64,000 bases of DNA, taken from the NCBI GenBank assembly GCA_964270895.1, contig OZ185440.1, one strand, 5' to 3'. The stretch comes from Podarcis filfolensis (lineage: Eukaryota). Under the pieces are notes generated by a model. It had not been told where the DNA came from. It made no database searches and was given only the letters and a program-made list of their open reading frames with translations. Both the position numbers and the translations under genes were made by a program. Every line of letters begins with the position of its first letter. Position 1 is the first letter of the stretch. Positions 13,307 through 60,412 of the stretch are shown piece by piece.

Positions 13307-16300
13307 CTCTAGGGGATCCTCAGTACTAGTTCCAGAGGACCACACCTGCTTCTCAAAGGTCCTCAACCTGTTGGGCACCTTGTTCATTCTCTGAGGACCC
13401 CACACCGCATACCAGGTAGGGGCTAGGCATGACCCTCCACTTATAACCCACAAAGGCCTCTCTCTGTATGTCCAACACAATGCGGTTTCTTTCCGTTTTT
13501 GAAGATTTCCATGGGAATATGTGTGAATGCATGAGCCGCTCTCACTCTCGTTTCAAAGAGAATAGGAAAGTGGGGGTGGGGTGGAGAGTATGCCTATATA
13601 CATTGATTCCAACACTTTCCCCACTTGAGGGGAGCTAAGTTTCTAAGGAAGGGGCTTGCTGTGCATTTCCTACACTGCTCTGCCTGCCCAATCCCTTGCT
13701 ATTTCTAATTAGGAGCAAGTCTGCACCACTGGCACCACTGTTGTGAGACCTCTGCCAGTCCTCCTCTCTTCCTCCTGGTTGAAAAATGAAACATTTATAG
13801 GAAAAGTAAATGAAAGTTATGAAAATAAGCTGCAGCATGGGACTTTGCCCCCTGTGTTATTATCTGTTTATTAGTCTGTGCCTGAAGGCAAAAGTCTTTC
13901 ATTACGCAGTGTGAGAAACCAATACTTGAAGGACTCTTTAGAACAATCTGCCTGATGCTTCATATTTATTTTTAAAATGTAGCAAACAAGAAGGGGAAAG
14001 GGAGAAGGGAAAAAATCTTTTCTGGTCCCTTGGGAATGACAGACGGTTTTGTTTCAGTAATTTTCTTGTTGGGCACCTTCCAGCTGGCAACTTAGAAAGC
14101 TGACAGGGAGGGGATTTTTCATAGATTTTAAGCTGAATTATTGACCAGATTGTTTCTCTAATAACTTTTTAATTTTGGAGAGGGTGACTACTTACAGAGA
14201 AGAGAAAGTGAGCAGAATTGTTTGTGTGTGCGGCAGCCCTGATTTGAAGCTAATTGTGCAATATAAGACAAGTGGTGGGACAGGGTAATCTGCAATATTA
14301 TGGAAAGGGCTTGAAGGCTGAGGCAAGGAAAGAGTGAGTAGGTGGGATGGTCAGAGCAGGAACAGGAGCAGCACTGGGGGGTGTGCCTGGGGAGGACTGG
14401 GTCACCAGATACATGCAAGTAAAGCATAGGGGAGCCCCCACCTACCATGAATTGCCCAGAGTATAGAGTAGGGGAGATTTAGCATCCACCCTTTCCCAAA
14501 ATCTTAGGATGAAGGTCAAGCTTCCAATTCTTTACATATAGCCAAATACAATAAAAGAGATTTATTAGCAGGGACCACCCACAAATTGCCACCCTGGGGT
14601 TTCATATTTCCCTTAAGCATGCCATATTACTCCCAAAATTTCTCTTTCTTGCTACTTCTGCTTGTCTCCATTTCCCACCACATTGGGGCACATGGAAGCC
14701 CTATCCTAGTCCCTGAATTTAAATCCCAGTCATCTGCCACAACCACAAAAGCCATTAAAAGCCTCAAAGCTCCCTTCCTCCCAGTCTCTAGCTGTTTTTT
14801 TTCCTGAATCAACCCACCATCAAAATGTGCTCCAGTTTCAGACACAGAGATAAATTATGAACCCCAGGCCTGTTACTGGTCATCATAGCTGTGCACCTAC
14901 TAGACGTTATAACTAGTAGAGGGTATACTACAAAGCACCAGAAAGTACTTGACACTGCTGCCCACTGCCATCTTGTATGCATACTTGGCTATGCCATGTG
15001 GCCAAGAGAGGCAGACACTAAGGAACAAGGGGGTGTGGCATGGTGGCATATTTAATATAGGAAGCAACTGCCGCTCACATGCCTCAGTTTGCTTCATTAC
15101 TTGTGACCTAAAGAACTTGGGCGCCAGTGAACACAAGCTAGCCCTACAGCAGCCACTTTGCCACTCCTCCAGCAACAGGGGCCTGCTGCAGCAGAATGTA
15201 ACCTTGCATGGTGTGGGAGCACAGGGAAGTGGTTTGTGCACAGGGAAGGAGCACAGGGAAGGAGGAGTGGTTGTGGCATGTACCTGAGATAGGTAGGTGG
15301 CGCCTGCAGTAAGTGGAAAGTACTTAGAAGTGCAGGTCTAGGTGGTGGTAAAAAACCTCTGGTTTCGATGCTTGCTCGATCTTCGCGTTTTCAGCTTTCC
15401 AAAAGGATTCGTGAAATCTTCATTTACTGAAAAACCTGAAAACTTTCCAGCTGGGCCTGTTATAACTGCAGTTTCCTCCCTCTGAACATTTCCCAGTGTT
15501 ATAAACTTCTATTCCTAAGGATGATGCTCATGCAACTCTAAAGATTGTGCCCTTGATAATTAGGAGCAGTAAACACCAAATAATGTTCTATAGAGTAGTT
15601 AGTTACTGCACCCTCTTTTCAAGAATCATTTCTGAATTTGCCATTTATGGCTACCTCCATTAATGACTATATTTATTAAAATATGTTTGTGAATGTCATT
15701 GACACGTCAGAGCCACCATGCTTATTTGTAGCACTGTATACATTTTTTCCAAATGCATTCCAGGATATTTAAAACATCTGAATGATAGAAACAACATATG
15801 ACCAAATAACTCAGATCCTGCTTACAGGCTTCCTTCCCATAGGCATTTGGTTGGCCACTGTGAAATTAGGGTGCTGGACTAAGTAGACCTTTGGCCGGAT
15901 CCAACAAGACTTCTATGCAGAAAAAAGATGTGCATTTTAAATCAGTTGGAGTAATGAATTTGTATAACAAGATTTTTTTTTACTACATTACTAAATAATT
16001 TAAGACACAGTACATTTCTTAATAATTTAATAACTTTTTAAATCCAGAAAGGGTGGCTACTTCCAGGGAAAAGAGGGTAGGGTTGTTTGTGTGTGTTTCT
16101 TGTTAATATGGTAGCCCCAATTCAAAGCTAATCATGCAATTTGCTTATTTTTTTATTATTGTGCAATCTGCCAATTATTGTACAGCATTTAGAAAAAAAT
16201 TAATCACGTTATATTCAAAAGAATACCAAAGTGATGCAAAAAAGAGAAATAAATAAAATATATTAATAATCAAGTAGAAACCTATTTAAATACAATTTTA

Positions 16301-16734
16301 CTATTTCATAATTAACCAGGCCAGGATTATCTTCTGGGAGACCTAGTGGACTAAAGATGTCTTCTGGTTTTTATTTATTTCCCACTCTTCGCTTTAAGGT
16401 CCCAGTCCAGGTTACAACATTAAAACAACATTCGAAACAGTTGAAAACAACTGAACAGGTGCTGAAATCTCCAAAGGGTCAGTGACTGTCTGATACCCAC
16501 AGCCAGTACAGTACTTCACAGCACAGACTTATTGAGTTAGCTGCCCTATATAAAACAAGCATAAGGTGATTTTCTTGTTTAAGGAGAAATAGTTGCACAG
16601 CAGCGGGCTATGCCGTATTGTGATGCCACACATGATGGATCTAAGTAATGGCACCAGTGGTCATATTTAACACAGAAGAGGGGAAAATCCCCAAGATTTA
16701 CGGTAGCCTATGCATTTTATTCTTGTGCAACAAT

Positions 16735-16749
16735 GCTGCCCTCTAGTGG
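16735..16749 (-). promoter_or_regulatory. CTCF consensus motif
   Basis: Minus strand reads CCACTAGAGGGCAGC, matching CCASYAGRKGGCRS; motif only, occupancy unknown. Confidence 0.5.
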
Positions 16750-18715
16750 AAGGATAGTGGCATTTAGGGGAACCTATTGATTTCAGTGGAGATCATTCAG
16801 CCTCCACTGCTGCAGATGCAACAACACATCAAGTCTGCAGAGAACTCTTGTAACAACAGTGGTGGGTGCTGCCCACTGTAGCTGGTAGGGTGGGAAGCAA
16901 GAAGAACAGTAGGCGGAGCTAACTGTATTTCCAGTTTTCTCCCTGTCCTCTTTTCTGCTGAATTCTTTATTTATAACTGCAACATGGCTGCAATATATGG
17001 GGAAAGAGGAAACTTTCCCCCATCCAACCTGCATAGCCTGTTGATTGCTATTACATTTTGTAAGTGAAATGACGTCATACTAACATTGGGGTACCCAACT
17101 GATATACTTTGTGACATTGTTGGTGTCCAGCAACATCTCTCCCCCCTCTCCAACCAATCATACTCAGTACTTAACAATGCCTCTTAAAACTGAGCATAGA
17201 ACAACACATGCACAATGCAATGAAAGCTTTCTATTTCTGATGCAAGTACACAGGATTGGAAAGCTGAGCATATATTGAATTCCAACACGTAAGATTTCCA
17301 CTGCAGTTCCATCAGTACCATACACTAGACAGTTTGAGGGGTGGTGTTGTGGATCTAGGGTGTGTGTTTCTGGCACTGGGCAATCAGGACTACCTACCCA
17401 GCTTGCTAGTGTGCACTATAAAGCACAAAATCAATCACACATTTAATTACCTTGTGACCAGAAAAAGCAAACTTCTTACCGTAAACTCCAATTCCATGTC
17501 TCCTGGCTTGTGGGGCAAGATCAGGTCCTCTTGGAGTTATTAAACTGGGCAAGGTCCCGATATCACACACGAGGCATCTGATTTTCTCCCACTCTAGACC
17601 CTGAGCTAATACGCGTCACAAGAAGTGCTTCCCCACACTTCTCAGTTGCGCCCTATTAACCAGTAGGCAGTACATTTCTGATGTGGCACTGTTTGAGCTT
17701 TATTCCAGCAGTTTATTTCTATTGGAGGAGAAATACACCACTTGGGACATGCTTTGGTTAGCACTTTGGAGGAGAAGTGCGTTCCTCTTCTGACACAGCT
17801 TGCTGCACTTTGCTTTCTCCAATTACATGAAGAGCAGGAAAGCTGAAGTGAAAAAGGCTTGCAAAGACCTCTTTTCTGCGGCACATCTTCTCTCACATAC
17901 TTGCCTTCTGGTCTGGGAGGAAAGAAAATCAGCTGCTCAGCAAGGCCAGCCCTACCATTAGGCAGAGTCAAGCAACTACTCTGAGTGGCAGATCTATATG
18001 GGACCATCCACACATCACTTATTAGTTGTTCCACGATGCTTCCTCAATGCTACCACATTATTTCTGCATGGAGATGTACTTTTGTGGCTATAATGCAGCA
18101 GAAGTGGGACCAAAAAAACAACAAATGGAATATTTGTGGTATAAAAAATTACAAGATTTTAGCACGAAGCTATGGGGCATGCAGTATGGGACATGCAGCT
18201 ATGGGACATGCAGGCTCAGAGTATTGAAAGTAGGATTGCATGTAGCCACCCTAATACCATAATTAATGAAAATCATAATGAATGTGCAATTAAAAGGACA
18301 CCCCCCTCAAGATTCAACGTTTTGTGCATGCAGAAGGTGGGGGCCACACACCATCTTCGTTTTAGGCAAAAAAAATGTCTTTAGGCTGCCCTGTTTAACC
18401 TAGCAACCCATGATTTGCCTAACTCTGCCACATCCCATGACATTTTGCAGTGTCAACAGCTACGCTTGATTTCCGTTTGGTGTAGTAGTGCAGGTATGAC
18501 AAAATATTGAATGTCTATTTGAGCAAGTAACCGACCTTTGTTTTTGCGTATACACATATGTATTCTGTTTTTATGATAGTCAAAAGAACAAATATTCTTA
18601 AAATATTTACACTTGTATATTTTCTTTTGAATAGTGGCTCTTTCTAAGATGATCATTGATATTTACATATTGTTTATGAAGAGCTTCTTTATACAGTATT
18701 CAGTTTGGGTAATTA

Positions 18716-18880
18716 CTATTTTTCCGTATATAAGACTAGGTTTTCCCCCTAAAAAATAATGTCATAAATTAGGGAGTATCTTATACATGGGATACATCTT
18801 CCCCCATTTTCTTAAATCTGAGTCCCCCAAAATAGGGGGCATCTTATACATGGGGGCGTCTTATAGACAGAAAAATACGG
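18716..18880. mobile_element. Tc1/mariner-type MITE, related TIR family
   Basis: tatttttccgtatataagac ... gtcttatagacagaaaaatacgg. Confidence 0.7.
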
Positions 18881-20583
18881 TGTATTTTAAAAAATATATA
18901 GTTTTCCTAAGAAAGGACCAGAGTGATCTGAAGCACATAGGACAATATTCTTTTTTCTACTGTGTGGTTTTTGCTCCTTTTCCTTACCTTTTGAAATGTG
19001 GCCTAGTTCCCAGGTGACAGTGATCATAATCTCCATCATAGTGGTGGCCAGCACTGCATCCCTCACCTCAGCAGGTGTAACACGGCATCAAGCAGCAACT
19101 AGAGCTATGCCCCATCAAGGTGCTATAGGCCTCTCCTGCTTTCCCGCCTTTTTTAACCTCAGGGCTGTCATGAGCAGTGTGGCTGCTTTGGCCCATTTAT
19201 TCTCTACCCTAGTGGCTTACAGAGGCATGCCAGGCCTATTGAAGCCCTTAGCCTTTCCTCTTCTGAGCAAACAACTCTCAGTTCCCCTCAGGAGTTGCAG
19301 GATAGGTGTGTATAAAGAAACAAACAGAAGTATGAAGGCCTTTCTATGTGGTGAAAAATATGGAAGCTATGCCATTGGTGAGCCAAGAGCTAATATTGGG
19401 AGGAAGGACCACCTGCCTCCTAGAGCAGCTTGGAATCAGCCCCTTGTGCTTAAGATGGTCGTTAGCCTACGTCTACAGCTGCATACGCAGGATACCTTTT
19501 GACCACATTAGAACCACGTGCCCCCCCCTTGACCACATTTGAACCACATGTGTGTCATCCCCCCCAAAGAATTCTAGACACTGTAGTTTATCCTTCACCA
19601 AGTTACAATTCCCAGCAACCCTTAACAAAACACAGCGCCCATAATTCTTTGGGGGCGGGGCAGGGAATAACTATAAAACATGCTTTAAAGCAATGTAAAG
19701 GCCCTGGTCCCCAGTTGCTTTACATCCAGAACAAACAGCTGGCTTACTTCGTAAGAAGATGGTGCCTGCTGAAAGCTGTAACTTCATTTCAGCATTAGAC
19801 GGAAAGGAACAGATGTTGTCTTCCTCCTCTCTTGAGCAAACAGTTCACTTTCCCTCATGAGGTGCAGGAATGGAATGTGGCAGGGGCTAAATTGTTGCAC
19901 AGCGGCCTAAGCCTTTGCTGCAGGAACACAATGGAGAGAGGGTGATAGCTCCCAGGCACTGCCCTCTCTTAAGGTTTTTATAGCTCTACATTTATTTCTC
20001 ATGTGAGTACATGTGTCTGGCTGTCTATGGAACAAGACTATGGAATCGCAGAGCTCATTTTACATGATGCCCAAGCATAGTACTTGTATGGAAATATGTT
20101 GCATATTAGTGGTAGGAAGGCATAGGATGGCTGCTCAAATAAAACTGCACCCGCCACCCATGGCCATTTTCCCAGGCTGCTGGTATTTTGAACTATGTTA
20201 TGTTGAAACAACTAGATTTCATGGAAGAACAGGAGTGAATGCAGGTGACCACTTACCAAGTGGTAAATTACCACAGTACATATAACACTGGCACGCAGTC
20301 TACAGTATCAAGAAGGAGTTGACATGAACACTGAAGTACATTATCAACTGGCAAGTCTTATATGCATCCACCCATTGGTTGCATTTGCATATCATAAAAC
20401 AGAGTTAAGAGGGACCAATGAATCACAATACTTGGCTTAGTACTACATTTGTTTTGCGCCAAACAAACCATGATGTGAAACAAAGGTTTCTTCTTGGCTT
20501 ACCCATCATGGTTTGGGGGGGGGGGTTCACTGGCTCAGGCATAATGCTAAGCCAGGGATGGTGGTTTGTAGCTCCCACTAGGG

Positions 20584-20784
20584 CAGGGGTCTGCAACCTT
20601 TAAGACAAAAAGAGCCACTTGGACCCGTTTCCAAAGAAAAAAAACTGGGAGTCGCAAAACTGGGAGTCGCAAAACTGGGAGTCATTATAAAAATAACTTT
20701 TTTGTCACTTTTTTATTATTTCTTTGTTTGACCCCTCAGAATTACTCCTCCTCATAGAAATAAACGTTAAATTAACAAGTTACC

Positions 20785-20830
<46 letters not shown>

Positions 20831-21117
20831 CTTCACTCCCCTTCAAAACAGTGACCAGCGTACATGCCCCCTTTCAATGCAGTGACCAGCGTACATGCCT
20901 CTTACAATGTAGCGGGCGGGAAGGTGATGTCGGGACGGTGCGTGACTAACGCACGCACCGCCCCTATGCGACGTCACAGCCAGTACAGCGCCCGGCACAG
21001 TGAGGAGTGTCGGGGCGCACAATGCGCCTCCTCCCCTCGCTAGCATGCGCCCCGGAGCCGCGGCAAAGGTGTAAAAGAGCCATATGCGGCTCCGGAGCCA
21101 CGGGTTGCTGACCCCTG
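20584..21117. mobile_element. Non-autonomous hAT element, 534 bp, CpG-rich, with internal (TG)21
   Basis: TIR caggggtc(t/a)gcaacc; 8-bp TSD cactaggg at 20576-20583 and 21118-21125. Confidence 0.9.
20787..20828. repeat. (TG)21 microsatellite
   Basis: Direct reading. Confidence 0.95.
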
Positions 21118-22984
21118 CACTAGGGGAGGAACTAAGTGGAAGCAATCTTTGTGTTTACAGTAAACCATTAAATATAGTTTGCTACAACATGTGAACTGAA
21201 CCACTATACCAAAGCCCGTTAGGGTTGTTGCAGGACACTCAGCATGGATCAAGTGAAACACAGGATTAATGCAACATATCACAGGAAAACCTCTGAAGAG
21301 AAATAATTAAGAAATGGACACGGGTTTATGTAAAAAAAATGAAGTGTATTTCAGGAGTATTTGAACATCAACATGCAGGTACAACAGGAATAAAAATTAT
21401 TGCACCTCTATTATGTGGCAATTGTTCAAGTTTCTAAAAACACTTATATCCCAACATTATGTTTCTGCTAGTCAGGTGCTGATTGGCACCAACTTGAAAT
21501 TGAAGCCCATCTTGAAAGGTGGGCTCACAGCCTCCAGAATAACAAAAACCAAAACACAATGTAAACACACACACAGCTGTAAAATCACCCACTAGAAGTA
21601 CGGCATCATCCTTCATGTCCAGTAAGAGAAAACTGGAGAAAGACACAATCCTCCCCACAGGAAGAAACAAACAAAAATCCCGAAGAACACCTTAATTCAG
21701 TGCTAATGAGGGAAAAAAGCCCCACAGGTCATTCCTTTTACCCTGTCTATGTTGAGTATTCTTCCGTAGCATAACAAACACCAAAAAGTCTTAGGCATTG
21801 TTCCCCAGGAGTGGTTTTTAGGCAAGGCGAAAGTCTAATATTTACACTTAATATCTATTTGATGGTTTTAGATGCACCATATAATGGTGTGAAGTATTGC
21901 TGAGAAATGCACCAGCTGGATATTGAAAGGTTTAAAGGCTGTATGAAGGAAACTAAAGTTGAAATTCTAGACACCAAACGAAAATAAGAGAAAGTGGGAA
22001 AGCAACTTGCTAAGGGGACTGTGTATATTGCATGCCTAAACAAAGTTATCCAATCACCCCCATTCATGGAACATCATGGAGATCAGTCTCAGCTAACTGG
22101 ATCAACACAGTATACATATAGTGGCTTAACTAGACTATAGTTATGCAAACACCTGTCTCCTCAACATGGCAACATCAGTTCAACTCTCATCACATGCTGC
22201 CTCCTGATAAGCACTTAAAAATATTAAGCCTAAGACCTTAATTTTTTCCCTCAGAAACATCATGATTGTCTGAACTCTTCAATATATATATATTAGATGT
22301 CCAAAGAATAAATCTGATTTACTGCCATGTGGTTTCGTTGCAATGATTTTTTGTGGCCAATCATTTTTACTGAAGTGGGACAACAGTTACAGGAATATAT
22401 CAAGTAACATGAAAAATGAAGGCTTCTGCAGGCTTTAACAATTACATAGGTTTCCTGGTAATGGTAGAATGAATACATAAAAAGGTAATATCTAAGTGGC
22501 ATCTATACAGAAATGAGGTGGCCCAATATGCTTTATTTGGCTAAACTAGAGATATAAATCCTTTGGCTGCCTTTGTGTAAACAGATGCTACAAGGTATGT
22601 TTGAAGCTACATTATTCATCCCCGGGGCTCAAATTCACACAGTGTAAATAAATGCATTTAATATTTTTACATTATTCAAGTTAATGTGCATTTCTGAGTG
22701 ACTATGCCATCAATTCCCTTTCTCTGAATGTATGTATTCACTGAGGCCCCAGTTGCCTCTGTTCTGAGGGCAACACAGCAAAGTGATAGGAAAGGCTGGT
22801 AAGATAAAGGTGTGGCTGGATGGACGAAAGCCTAATGGTTTATTTTGAAAATGTTAATGCATAAATTTAGCTATTGTGCACTGGTGGCAGGATTAAAGAG
22901 ATTAGCAGATCTTAAATCATTGTGGGGAACTACTATTGAAGTTTTGAGTACTGAAGCTTCAAGTTCTATATGAGAAAGCCAATG

Positions 22985-23130
22985 NNNNNNNNNNNNNNNN
23001 NNNNNNNNNNNNNNNNNNNNNNNNNNNNNNNNNNNNNNNNNNNNNNNNNNNNNNNNNNNNNNNNNNNNNNNNNNNNNNNNNNNNNNNNNNNNNNNNNNNN
23101 NNNNNNNNNNNNNNNNNNNNNNNNNNNNNN
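22985..23130. other. Assembly gap (146 N)
   Basis: Run of n. Confidence 1.
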
Positions 23131-24033
23131 AAAAATAAATTGGTCCAAAACTAAAACCAAATAATTGGGTATGTAGTGGGGAGAATCAGGAAGTTTGGGC
23201 AAGACTTGAAATGAGATTATAATAAATTAAGGATTTAAGAGCATATTCCTAGTCAAAAAGTACATGTAGGCTCTGTAAGGAGAAATGGTGCAGGAAGAGC
23301 CTTCATATCAGAAACCTGGCTGAGCAATAAAGCTGCGCTGTAATTAATTGCAGTGCTTGCCCTGGAAAGCTATTAGTCAACATGTGATCACCTCTGTAGG
23401 TAGAACAGCAGACTATGCAAATAATTACTTTTTCTGCTCACACAGACACATACAGATGCATTCTGTTAGGCAAGGCTGTAAGTATTGTGGAGTTTATGGA
23501 AATAGTTACTTTTGCCTATAAACTGTAATTAGATTCAATAAGTAATATACTTGAAATGCTGCAGCTAGTGCTATACTGTATGTATCAGTGCAGTATCATA
23601 GACTCAGATGTCTTTAAGCAAAAAGCACCAACTGATGTTGAACTTTCAAAAACATTCAAAAGGTTACTTAGAAAATATAGACATTTAAGAAAGATAGTAG
23701 GTGAATTAAACAATGGAAGGGAAGGCTGAATTATAATAAACTTTCTATATGACTGAAGGGTCAATTTACTGAATTAGCTACTTACACTTGGGAAAGAGAC
23801 ACTAATGCTAACGGGACCATTTCACTTAGACACAGTTTGGTCTTAGCTGCCGCCTGATGAATCAATGAAGATCACTTCTCTCACTCACAAAGTCAAATGA
23901 GAACACTTCACTGGATTTTAACTTTCGTCCACAACAATCAAGATAGCTCCATAAGACTGGGGATGTGATAGTCCCAAATGTTTGCCTCTCACAGCAACAT
24001 GTCAGTAAAGTAAATTAGCTTAGGTTGCTAAAG

Positions 24034-24171
24034 CAGGGGTGGGGAACCTGTGGCCTCCAGGTGTTACTGGACTGGAATTCCCATCAGCCCTAGCCAGCAT
24101 GACCAATAGTCAGGGATGATGGGAGTTGTAGTTAGCAATTACAGTGAAAGCCTACAGGCCCCTTACTCCTG
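24034..24171. mobile_element. Decayed hAT MITE related to the 13171 element (another remnant at ~52595-52725)
   Basis: caggggtggggaacctgtggcctccag...cccatcagccct..gatgggagttgtag; no intact TSD. Confidence 0.65.
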
Positions 24172-24299
24172 AGTTAGCCTAACTGAAGCACCATGTGCCT
24201 CTTTTGAGGTTACTGACTACTTTGAGCAAAAAGGATTAAAAATTCTAAAAAGGGAGAAAAAGAAGTAATCTTCTTTTAAATCAAAGCCTTTTAAAAAAA

Positions 24300-24884
24300 A
24301 ATCAAAGATAAACTAAATATTTTATTTTGACGTTTTGCTTAACGTTCTTTTTAAAAGGAGGGTATTGCCCCATTGCACAAGCTGACACAAGGTTTCCTCA
24401 CAGATATACATAAATTGGACGTCTATGATATGTAAGAAAATATGTGAGGTGGCATAATGATTCAGAACAGTCTGCCATCAAAAGTGTTTATTTTAATCCT
24501 TGCCAACTTAAAATACGTGACCTAAAATTTTGGAAACAAGGACTGAAATTTGGAATTTGTGCTCAAAATGTGCCATTTCCAAGTGAGCGGTCTAATTTGG
24601 CAAATGTAATTCCCTGGAATTTTGAAAGAAAATAGATATTTAACAGAATGCTTCAAATTTAGGGCCAAAAATGTTGGGGGGGGGGAGTTTGGAAATCATT
24701 TTTTAAATCTTGCTTTAAAGATATCCTGCTAAGAGGCATCAAACGCTGAGTACAAAAATAGAATTGCAAGAATGAAAAAGGCAAGAGTGTGAAAACACAA
24801 ATCAACAAAAAAAGTTGCACAAGTTTTGTGTTTTATATTTGTGTTCTACTAATGTTGTCTTTGCTTCTGAATGTAGATATGTTG
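24300..24884 (-). other. MAST2: Putative MAST2 3' UTR with AATAAA signals at 24487-24492 and 24321-24326
   Basis: AT-rich sequence after the stop codon. Plus-strand tttatt equals AATAAA on the minus strand, and the distal signal is followed by U-rich sequence. The true end is unknown. Confidence 0.5.

Positions 24885-60412
<35,528 letters not shown>

Noticed and set aside
18996-19502. 168-aa plus-strand ORF
   Set aside because: No recognisable domain, TTG-type start and no supporting neighbouring exons; consistent with chance.
20640-20685. Short spaced direct repeats (gcaaaactgggagtc x3) superficially array-like
   Set aside because: Head-to-tail slippage repeats inside a transposon with no spacers; vertebrate DNA, not CRISPR.
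20830-21117. CpG-rich stretch resembling a CpG-island promoter
   Set aside because: It lies wholly inside a TIR/TSD-bounded hAT element.
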